From Acaryochloris marina S15 (lineage in GTDB: Bacteria > Cyanobacteriota > Cyanobacteriia > Thermosynechococcales > Thermosynechococcaceae), in the NCBI RefSeq assembly GCF_018336915.1, contig NZ_CP064924.1:1-32000 (forward strand): a DNA stretch of 32,000 bases, read 5' to 3'. This document shows, piece by piece, positions 19,450-27,457 of this stretch. A program made the position numbers and the translations under genes. The notes under the pieces were generated by a model, which was not told the DNA's origin, searched no databases, and saw only the letters and a program-made list of their open reading frames with translations. Position 1 is the stretch's first letter; each line of letters starts with the position of its first letter.

Positions 19450-20561
19450 TAAAGTTGCCTCCCACTGATAACCGCTTCTTTTAAAAGCTTCGTTAAATGA
19501 GTTGCGACGTTATCCATCGGCATCGTTTCTTCTTGCTCAAACAACTGACCCACAGCACTCAACAGTTGCTCTAGGACGGCTTCACCCGTGAATTGACTGG
19601 TCTCTGGGCAACGTACCCAGTCCTCGACATGAGTACGATTTACATTATCGAGCTTGGGTAAAACAACCCCAGTCAAGTGATTAAAATCTCTAAATTCTGA
19701 TGCATTGAGATTTTCTAGCTGCTCAATAATCTCATGGTTCATTTTTTGACATCGGCGGCATTTTATAAATCGTCTAAATCGTCTCAACCAGGCAAAAGGG
19801 TTTATCAACCACCTACGTTTCCTCTCTATTCTCGACCGTTTAAGTTGATATTTGACGAAGACACAAACAACTAGCGTTTGATTGACCCCTAATTCTGGCC
19901 ATCGCTGCCAGAATTCTAATATTTTATGTATTAGGTCTGGCCCCAGCCGACGCCAATCGTCCGTCAGCAGATGTAGATGGACGATTACGGGGCCAGGATG
20001 TTTACCAAAGGTTTTGTTGATTTGCTCGACGGGGGCATAACTATTATTTTCAACAGTATCTGCTAAGTTTTTTGATAATCTAGCTGATAGCCTGTCCAAA
20101 TTCTTTAGACTAGCAGGCCATTGCAGATGATGTTCCTTAATCGCTGTTTGCTTGAGGTCAATGTTTAAGAGGCGAGGTAAGGAAACCTTGCGCAAGCGCT
20201 CCAGAAACTTATCATGACTCTGCAACTCATCCCCGTGTATCAGGCAAATTAATGGCTGTCGTTTTGATCGTGATTGCCATTTCTGAATCGCTAGACTCAG
20301 CGTATACTCCTGATCCGTTCGGTCAGGCAAATAGGGCAAGAGTGAAGGAATGACTGGCTTCGCACTCAAACCTTTTTGATCTAGGGCTATCCCGTTACTA
20401 TCAACAAAATATACGTTGCTCCCGGATATATTATTCGCATTCCCCCCAGACATCTGCCCAAAAGTCTGCCCCTGATTGTTGCCTATGTCTTGTTGAGCTT
20501 GATTTGTCGGCTTTGAGCTTTGCTCTGGAGAACTCTCTGGCGATGGATGCATTGAGGGCAA
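19449..20561 (-). CDS. 370-aa protein: N-terminal Q/N/G-rich motif plus an NTPase-like core with no Walker A
   Basis: The ORF is intact, with a TTG start in the track and an ATG at 20552. It contains ..QQDIGNNQGQTFGQMSGGNANNISGSNVY.., then LPYLPDRTDQEYTL..RQPLICLIHGDELQSHDKFLERL. No GxxxxGK[ST] motif occurs anywhere in the protein. Confidence 0.75.
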   Translation of the reverse strand: MPSMHPSPESSPEQSSKPTNQAQQDIGNNQGQTFGQMSGGNANNISGSNVYFVDSNGIALDQKGLSAKPVIPSLLPYLPDRTDQEYTLSLAIQKWQSRSKRQPLICLIHGDELQSHDKFLERLRKVSLPRLLNIDLKQTAIKEHHLQWPASLKNLDRLSARLSKNLADTVENNSYAPVEQINKTFGKHPGPVIVHLHLLTDDWRRLGPDLIHKILEFWQRWPELGVNQTLVVCVFVKYQLKRSRIERKRRWLINPFAWLRRFRRFIKCRRCQKMNHEIIEQLENLNASEFRDFNHLTGVVLPKLDNVNRTHVEDWVRCPETSQFTGEAVLEQLLSAVGQLFEQEETMPMDNVATHLTKLLKEAVISGRQL

Positions 20562-20588
20562 ATCACACTAAAGGAGTAAATTTTAGAC

Positions 20589-21077
20589 CTATAGATTTAT
20601 ATCACCTTGAACAGAGTCAATTACGCCGATATTTTTAACGTTTCCTCCTGACATCTGACCAATCACGACCCCCTGGTTCTCATCAATATTTTGCTGAGCA
20701 ACATTCTGGTTAGCTGAGGGCTGAATATCCGCAAAGATTTCTGCAATAGCAGCTTCTAATTGTGAATCATTTGCCAAAATCGTTGCTAATTCCTCTTGCA
20801 AGGCTTCCTTCCAAGCAGCACTTTCAGGAGTTGTCGCCAGCTTCTCAGCAGCGATCTGCGCTGCAGCTTCAGATTCTACCTTTGGGTGTAACTTACCCCA
20901 AATAGCCTTTGCTCTTTCCCAAGTATCTTCTCCTAACTTTTTAGCAGCTCCATCTAATGCTGGGGCACCAACTTTTTTCAGCAGGAAAGGCAAACAGGGA
21001 GCTAAAAATGATGTCAGAGCGATGATATCCATAAGAGATAAAAGCTGAGCAACAATCCGAAACATCACCTTTATCAC
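20589..21077 (-). CDS. small (148-162 aa) alpha-helical protein with a hydrophobic N-terminus and a C-terminal Q/N/G-rich motif
   Basis: The ORF is intact. The track start is GTG at 21077, and a more plausible ATG at 21032 gives MDIIALTSFLAPCLPFLLKKVGAPALDGAAKKLGEDTWERAKAIW... The C-terminus is ..QQNIDENQGVVIGQMSGGNVKNIGVIDSVQGDINL. Confidence 0.75.
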   Translation of the reverse strand: MIKVMFRIVAQLLSLMDIIALTSFLAPCLPFLLKKVGAPALDGAAKKLGEDTWERAKAIWGKLHPKVESEAAAQIAAEKLATTPESAAWKEALQEELATILANDSQLEAAIAEIFADIQPSANQNVAQQNIDENQGVVIGQMSGGNVKNIGVIDSVQGDINL

Positions 21078-21503
21078 ATAGAATTGGCATTTTCATCCTG
21101 AATATAATTGTTCTTTAAGTCTTTCTTTTGGGGCCAGAAGATAGCTTTGGAAGCCTTTGAAGAATTCTTTCGCAGAGAGAATTTTAATCAATTCTAGAAA
21201 TTATAGTCACCATTCTCATCTCTAGCTAACGCCTTTAGACAAACTAACTTCCTGTATGACTGATATTTAGTCATCAGAATGTCCTATTAAAAAGCTCATA
21301 AATATTAGACTAACATCCCACAAAGGTTCGTGTAATATGGCGAAAGATATGTTCCATGTCGGACATTTGATTACGCTGAAATCCTTATAGAAAAAGGAAT
21401 AGCTAAACACAACAATTTTTAATTCCTGTTTTTATATAGAAATCTGGAGTAACAATCACCGATCTTATATAGTGATCTTCAAGTTCGTTCTGTGGTGTAA
21501 TTT

Positions 21504-22916
21504 ATGTCGCGTTTCTCTCAAACTTCCGACATCCCAACCGTCCGTCTGATTGAGTTCGGCACAGAAAAACCAGAGGAGAGCAAACCTGCATCTGAAACGC
21601 CCTTGCCTAAGCCAGCGGTAGTGAATCTGCGTCAAGTCAGAATCGAACAGTTCCTCACCCTGAAGAACCTGGCGGCCAACACCCGACGCAACTATGAACG
21701 TCATCTACGACAGTTCAGTTTATGGGTGAACAAGGACTGGCATCAGATTACCATGAACGATCTGAAACGCTACAAGACTTATCTAGAGTCAGGTCGGCAG
21801 TTAAAGCAGGGGTCGGTCGGGGCGATATTGACGGCTCTTAAAAGCTTCTTTTCCTGGCTGAAGAAGGCTGGGTACATTGAGGAGAATCCAGGGACGGCGA
21901 TCAGTATTCCGGTAACTCCAGAGACGGAGGGGAAGAATCTAGAGCTGTTCCAGGTGGAGGCACTGTTTGAGGCACTGGAGAAGCGGAAGACAAAGAGACG
22001 TGATCGGGCGATCCTGTGTTTGATGGTGTTTGCCGGGATGCGGGCTGAGGAAATCTCTCATCTCAATGCCGGGGATTATAACGGGGTGGAAATCACTATC
22101 CGTCAGGCCAAGCATGGATCCGTGGGTCGGGTACCTGTGGATGAGCAAACCGATGCAGCACTGCGGGCTAATCTTCGGGTTCGGATGGTGGATGGTGAGG
22201 GAGGGATGACAGCAGATGATCCGATGTTTGTCTCTACGAGTCATCGAAATAAGGGTCAACGGTTGGGGTATGAGGGTATCTATAAGATGGTCAAAGCCTT
22301 GGCCCAAGATGCAGGCTGGCCTGATATTCATCCCCATAAAGGACGACATACCTATGCCAGTCAGTTGATTGAGAATGGCATGGATGCGTACCTGGCGATG
22401 ACGTTGATGCGGCAGCGATCTGTGAAAGCATTTGAGGTCTATTCCCAGAAGGTCCGGTATCGGACGGCTAAGGGAGTCTTTCTGGAAAGCAAAGGGGAAG
22501 TGGAACGACAGCCAATGCCGCTGGAGGATCTGGTGGCATTTAGCGAGGTGCCAGTGGCAGAAGAGGCGATTGAGCTAAAAGTTGTCACTGAGGAGCCTGC
22601 GAACTGGCCCAAGATTACTGCGGTGGATCTGCCCTTGAATGCGGTCCAGGTGGGGCTGACGGTTGAGGTTTCAGGGAAGAAGAAGGGTGTGGTCAGGAAG
22701 GAGATCGAAGAGCGGGTTTTGAGTCCGTTTCAGATGGTCAAACCTAAGAAGAGGGGGAATGAGTATGAGCTGACGGTTGTGGTTGAGGAAGACGATGCGT
22801 TGTCTGCTATCACCGATCAGATGCGCTGGGATATGGAGCTACTGGCTGAGCTGGATGATTGCGAGGTGAAAGTGGTGTGGGTTGGGGATGGTTTGACCCG
22901 AAAGTGTTTGATATAG
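21504..22916 (+). CDS. tyrosine recombinase/integrase (470 aa), full-length copy with a long C-terminal extension
   Basis: It has an ATG start and an N-terminal SAM-like core-binding region (IEQFLTLKNLAANTRRNYERHLRQF). Catalytic motifs are AGMRAEEIS, KHGSVGRVPV, HPHKGRHTYAS and FEVYSQ. About 155 aa follow the catalytic Tyr codon at 22440. Confidence 0.88.
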   Translation: MSRFSQTSDIPTVRLIEFGTEKPEESKPASETPLPKPAVVNLRQVRIEQFLTLKNLAANTRRNYERHLRQFSLWVNKDWHQITMNDLKRYKTYLESGRQLKQGSVGAILTALKSFFSWLKKAGYIEENPGTAISIPVTPETEGKNLELFQVEALFEALEKRKTKRRDRAILCLMVFAGMRAEEISHLNAGDYNGVEITIRQAKHGSVGRVPVDEQTDAALRANLRVRMVDGEGGMTADDPMFVSTSHRNKGQRLGYEGIYKMVKALAQDAGWPDIHPHKGRHTYASQLIENGMDAYLAMTLMRQRSVKAFEVYSQKVRYRTAKGVFLESKGEVERQPMPLEDLVAFSEVPVAEEAIELKVVTEEPANWPKITAVDLPLNAVQVGLTVEVSGKKKGVVRKEIEERVLSPFQMVKPKKRGNEYELTVVVEEDDALSAITDQMRWDMELLAELDDCEVKVVWVGDGLTRKCLI

Positions 22917-23079
22917 ATGAGGTGAATCAAACTTTAAAAGAGCTTGAGATAGAGAATGTGGTTTATTCGTAAAGTAAGTCTGTCCGAGATGAAAGAAACT
23001 ACACTCTCACTAAGGTGGCTTTTACCCTATATTGGAGACTGTAAATTATTTTGTGTAAGCGGTTTAAAGTACATCCAGA

Positions 23080-24225
23080 TTGAAGGAGACCGCTTTGAAA
23101 AAACAACGCCACTGTGATCCAAAAGTTGAGCAACTTCTTGATGAACTGATGCAGGACTACAGCAGTCCTGAGCAGATATTGGGGGAGGAGGGATTAATCA
23201 AGCAATTATCAAAACGCCTGATTGAGAAAGCCTTACAAGCAGAACTGAGCCATCATCTGCAAAGCACACCCACAGGAGAGTCTCCATCGCCTTCAAAATC
23301 GGGCAATAGTCGTAATGGGTATTCCGCTAAAACGATCAATACCGAACAAGGGGCTTTCGACCTTCAGATCCCTCGAGATCGCCTCAGCGAGTTTGAGCCG
23401 ATTATTGTGCCTAAAGGCCAGCGTCGATTGGCCGGTCTTGATGAGAAGATTTTGGCACTGTATGCACGAGGGAGCAGTACCCGAGATATTCAAGGCCAGC
23501 TGGAAGAGTTGTATGGAATTGAGCTATCCCCAACCCTGATTTCTCAAGTCACCGATGCGATTATGGAAGAAGTCCGTCAGTGGCAAACTCGCCCCGTGGA
23601 TGCGCTGTATCCCATCCTGTTTTTGGATGCATTGTACGTCAAAATCCGCCAAGAAGGACGGGTTAAAAGTCGGGCAGTGTATGTGGTATTAGGGATTAAC
23701 CTCGATGGCCACAAAGAAGTCTTAGGCTTATGGATCGGACCTCAAGAACGGGAGGGGGCTAAATTCTGGCTCAAGGTCTTGACGGATCTCAAAAATCGGG
23801 GGCTACAAGATGTTTTTATCGCTTGTGTAGACGGATTAACAGGTTTTCCAGAAGCCATTGAAACCCTCTATCCCCAGACTCATGTGCAACTCTGTATCGT
23901 CCACTTGATCCGCAATTCTCTCAAATATGTCAGTTGGAAACACCGCAAGGAAGTTGCAGCTGATCTCAAGCCGATTTATCAAGCGGCAACGGTCTGTGAG
24001 GCGGAAGATGCTCTGACTCACTTTGCCGATAAGTATGATCAGGTTTATCCCACCATCAGTCAAATTTGGCTGCGCCATTGGGAAAGGGTGATTCCTTTGT
24101 TTGATTATCCGCCTGACATTCGCAAGGCCATTTACACCACCAATGCCATTGAATCAGTCAATCGTAGTCTCAGAAAGGTTTTGAAAACTAAAGGAGCATT
24201 CCCAGATGAAACCCTGATTGCCTGA
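23080..24225 (+). pseudogene. IS256-family (Mutator-type) transposase, 3'-truncated
   Basis: Typical IS256 sequence is present (..GNSRNGYSAKT..FEPIIVPKGQRR..ILFLDALYVKIR..FIACVDGLTGFPEAI..LCIVHLIRNSL..IYTTNAIESVNRSLRKV). It ends at ..GAFPDETLIA with a stop supplied by the end of the neighbouring IS. The usual C-terminal tail of about 40 aa is absent downstream. Confidence 0.85.
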
Positions 24226-25520
24226 CAGAAGTAGGTCAAAGCCTTTATTTACATAGTTTATGAGAAAAGAGTGGAGAGACATGTGAGGCTAGATTTAATC
24301 ACAAATCAGCGTTATTCAAATGTCAGGCCCCACCCAAATTTATCGTCAACTGTTTTCCTTTTTACGTCAACACAGCCATTATCGAGATTTGCGCCATCTC
24401 ATTGCTCTGGGCTGGATGGTAAGCGCGTTAATCTGTAGTGAACGCTTAAGCTTATCTGCCTGGGAATCCTATGTTCCCTGCCGAGCCAGAAAAGCCCAAA
24501 GTGTCGAGCGTCGGTGGCAACGATTTATAGCCAATCAACGCATTGATATTAACAAGCTATATGTACCTCTAGTCCTGCTAGCCCTTAAGAACTGGCACTC
24601 TCATCGTCTATACCTGGCAATGGATACAACGGTGTTATGGAATGAATATTGCATGATTCATCTATCCGTCGTCTGCTGTGGCAGAGCAGTACCGTTGTTG
24701 TGGAAAGTATTAGAGCACAAGAGTGCGGCTGTCGCTTTTGAGGAATATCAACCGTTATTGCGTCAAGCCCGTTGGTTATTACGGCAGCATCCAGATGTCA
24801 TGTTATTAGCAGATCGTGGGTTTGCAAACCATCAACTGATGAGCTGGTTACAACAGAGCCATTGGCATTACTGTCTGCGTATCCCTTGTGATGTCCTTCT
24901 TCATGGTCCACGTCAATGTCCAAGAGAAGTCCGACAATTGTGGCCATCCAAAGGAGCAGCAGTCCTCTACCGCAATGTAGGGCTTTGGGAAGATGGCATC
25001 TATCGGTGCAATCTGGTGTTGGCTAATATCCGAGGAGTGAAAGAACCATGGGCGGTGATTACAGATGAATCACCCACTTTACAGACCTTGTGGCAATACG
25101 CTTTGAGGTTTCGGGTCGAAGAATTATTTCTCGATAGTAAGTCTGGAGTGTTTGAGCTAGAAGAGTCGAAAATTCGTTGTGCTGATGCATTGGAGAGACT
25201 TTATCTGGTTGCTGCTGTGGCACTGCTATTCAGCACGACTCATGGGATGGCTGTTCACATTAAAGGGCTGCGCCAACAGGTTGACCCACATTGGCGACGA
25301 GGCATTAGTTATCTCAAAATTGGATTGCGATGGCTCAAGGGAGTCGTCCATAAAGGACGGGAGTTGTTGATGCCAGTCCCCTTGCTCTGCCATGATCCAC
25401 AACCGTGTTTTGCGTCTAAAAAAGCTCAAAAGAAACACTACAACAAAATCTGGTTCTCTCGCATCCGCTCTTTACAGTGCAAGGCTTTATGAGCAGGGGA
25501 AGGCGAAGATCTGTCAGGCA
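24219..25520 (+). mobile_element. IS4/IS701-like insertion sequence (about 1.3 kb)
   Basis: The 11-bp inverted ends are TGCCTGACAGA (24219-24229) and TCTGTCAGGCA (25510-25520), enclosing a DDE transposase ORF. The IR is short and no target duplication was seen. Confidence 0.6.
24320..25492 (+). CDS. IS4/IS701-like DDE transposase (390 aa)
   Basis: The ORF is intact. Its motifs are LYLAMDTT, VMLLADRGFANHQL and RFRVEELFLDSKSG. Confidence 0.75.
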   Translation: MSGPTQIYRQLFSFLRQHSHYRDLRHLIALGWMVSALICSERLSLSAWESYVPCRARKAQSVERRWQRFIANQRIDINKLYVPLVLLALKNWHSHRLYLAMDTTVLWNEYCMIHLSVVCCGRAVPLLWKVLEHKSAAVAFEEYQPLLRQARWLLRQHPDVMLLADRGFANHQLMSWLQQSHWHYCLRIPCDVLLHGPRQCPREVRQLWPSKGAAVLYRNVGLWEDGIYRCNLVLANIRGVKEPWAVITDESPTLQTLWQYALRFRVEELFLDSKSGVFELEESKIRCADALERLYLVAAVALLFSTTHGMAVHIKGLRQQVDPHWRRGISYLKIGLRWLKGVVHKGRELLMPVPLLCHDPQPCFASKKAQKKHYNKIWFSRIRSLQCKAL

Positions 25521-25731
25521 GTCAGCCCTCACCCTATAGCTTCTGGCTTTCCTTAACGTAATTATCGTCTAGTAAAAGTTAATTATTTGAGCTTTCCTAT
25601 TGCTTTTTTTAATGTGGTTTATATACCTCAAAGTAGCCTAATCCTAAAAGAATTCTAGCCTTAAATCTGTCATCTTTTTAATCAGGGGAACCTAAAAATT
25701 TACTCGGGACTCAGTAAGTAAGGATAAAAAA

Positions 25732-26226
25732 ATGAGGAACATGATGAATAAACAAAGCATTTTTATTGCCGCTGCTCTGTCATTTATCGCTACAGCAGTA
25801 ACGGCACAAGAACTAAAATTTGATGGTATCGCCGACGTTAACCATACACGTAATGACAGTATTATTCTTGAGAAGGTTGACGGCGGTAGCCATAACGTAA
25901 CTGTCCAGTCGAGAAATGGAGATGTGAATCTTTTCAAGGTAGATGGCGGAAGCTCTAATATTCGCATTATCGCCGAGGGGGATGTTCGCTTTTCACAAAA
26001 AATAGATGGTGGCAGCCGAGTCCATGTCGAAGCTAGAACGGGAGACATCTTCTTTGGTCAAAAAATAGATGGTGGTTCCGAAGTCGTTCTAATGGCCCCA
26101 AATGGCACAATTACTCTAGCCCAGAAGATAGATGGTGGCTCAACCGTCCGCTGGTGTGCACAAAGTTTAGATGCAGGAAGTCAAGGTATTCGCGGAAGCT
26201 CGACTGTAACTAGAGTTTGTCCTTAA
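25732..26226 (+). CDS. secreted 164-aa protein built from 21-aa K(I/V)DGGS repeats (predicted beta-solenoid)
   Basis: An AAGGA Shine-Dalgarno sequence lies upstream. The signal peptide is MRNMMNKQSIFIAAALSFIATAVTAQE. Five to six repeats follow, such as KVDGGSHNVTVQSRNGDVNLF and KIDGGSRVHVEARTGDIFFGQ. Two C-terminal Cys residues are present. Confidence 0.75.
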   Translation: MRNMMNKQSIFIAAALSFIATAVTAQELKFDGIADVNHTRNDSIILEKVDGGSHNVTVQSRNGDVNLFKVDGGSSNIRIIAEGDVRFSQKIDGGSRVHVEARTGDIFFGQKIDGGSEVVLMAPNGTITLAQKIDGGSTVRWCAQSLDAGSQGIRGSSTVTRVCP

Positions 26227-26271
26227 GAGACACAGTGAATAATTGAATGAGTAGTAAATAATTCAGGTAAA

Positions 26272-26377
26272 ATTAGACCTCTTGCAATATTCATTTCATG
26301 ATGTGCTACTAACTTTATAAATGCCGTGAACTGATTTGGATAACAAATCGTTAGTTTAGTTATGCAAGAGGTCTAAT
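26272..26377. repeat. 15-bp perfect inverted repeat with a 76-nt spacer in an intergenic region
   Basis: ATTAGACCTCTTGCA lies at 26272-26286 and TGCAAGAGGTCTAAT at 26363-26377. Confidence 0.7.
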
Positions 26378-26426
26378 AAAGGGATTCAAACCCCATTTTT
26401 GTTGTGAACACAAGTTGCTGGGATAA

Positions 26427-26765
26427 ATGATCCACCCCGCTTGCCAACGTTGCGATCTCTTCAGTGGATACCTCGCTGAAGGCTTCCTCGTTTGTGCCAT
26501 CCATCCGAGTGGTCCTGATCAAAATCCTTGTCCCGACTTTGCGAAAGTGATTGAAGACTGGCAACCATTAGGGGCAATCTCTGAAAACGGTGAGCTGGTC
26601 AGGGACTGGGCGGGATATCTAACCTCATCGGATCGGATTGAGGTGCTGGAGTCTCACCCATACTTCACAGGAATCTGCCCGAAGTGCGGTGCAAGTTTTG
26701 GGGATAGCAGGCCAGTCCATTACGATTGTGAAAGATGTGGTTGGATGGATGATTCGGTCAACTAA
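26427..26765 (+). CDS. 112-aa Cys-rich protein with a C-terminal zinc-ribbon-like CxxC..CxxC
   Basis: It has an ATG start. The Cys motifs are CQRC, then CPKCGASFGDSRPVHYDCERCGW. Confidence 0.6.
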   Translation: MIHPACQRCDLFSGYLAEGFLVCAIHPSGPDQNPCPDFAKVIEDWQPLGAISENGELVRDWAGYLTSSDRIEVLESHPYFTGICPKCGASFGDSRPVHYDCERCGWMDDSVN

Positions 26766-27457
26766 GAAAAACTGAGACAAAAGTGAGGCAATTTGTCGCT
26801 TCAACCCTACTAGGCTAGTAATAGACCTCAAGTAATACTTTTTGAAAGGTCCATTATTGCCCTTGAGGGCTATCCTCAAGCTAATTTGGGAGCTGTCAAT
26901 CGTGCGCACTTATGACTCTCGAAAGAAAAAGTCCTCTAGCATCCCAGTAGTACAAACTGAGACATTGAAAACTCATCAACCTGCTGAGATGAATCCCCTA
27001 ACGATACAAGCAAAGTCCAATGAGGAGGGGTTAGCAGAATGGGAGGCACAACGACAGAAATGGGAACGGTTTGGAAGCTCTTGGATGGATAAAGTTCCCA
27101 ATCCATCTGGTGAGCTAGCACAACCTTGGATTCAACGGAAGTTAACCCTTGCACCGCCTGGGGATAAATACGAAAAGGAAGCTGATAGAGTTCCTTCTCA
27201 AGTTTTCCAGCCAATCAACATCCAAAAAAGTCAGATTGAAAAGCTTGCTCAAGAGCCAGAAGAAGCATTTGATTCTGCCCTGATGGGTGCGACTATCCAA
27301 CGTCAAAGGTCAACGGATAACCGTGGGGTATCTTCTGAATTTGAGTCTGCCATCAATAGCGCTAAAGGCAGTGGTCAACCGCTGGATGCCGGGTTGCAAC
27401 TGTCGATAGGGCAGTTAATGAGAGCAGATTTAAGTGGGGTAAGAGTGCATACGGATG

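Noticed and set aside
21078-21503. Specific -10/-35 promoter calls in the divergent intergenic region between the cassette and the integrase
   Set aside because: The region is AT-rich with many TATAAT-like hexamers on both strands. I cannot single out a promoter from sequence alone.
21939-22349. The 136-aa minus-strand ORF inside the integrase gene, and the similar 62-aa ORF at 14687-14875
   Set aside because: They are antisense to a well-supported tyrosine recombinase ORF. They have no motifs, and they are conserved only because the sense genes are.
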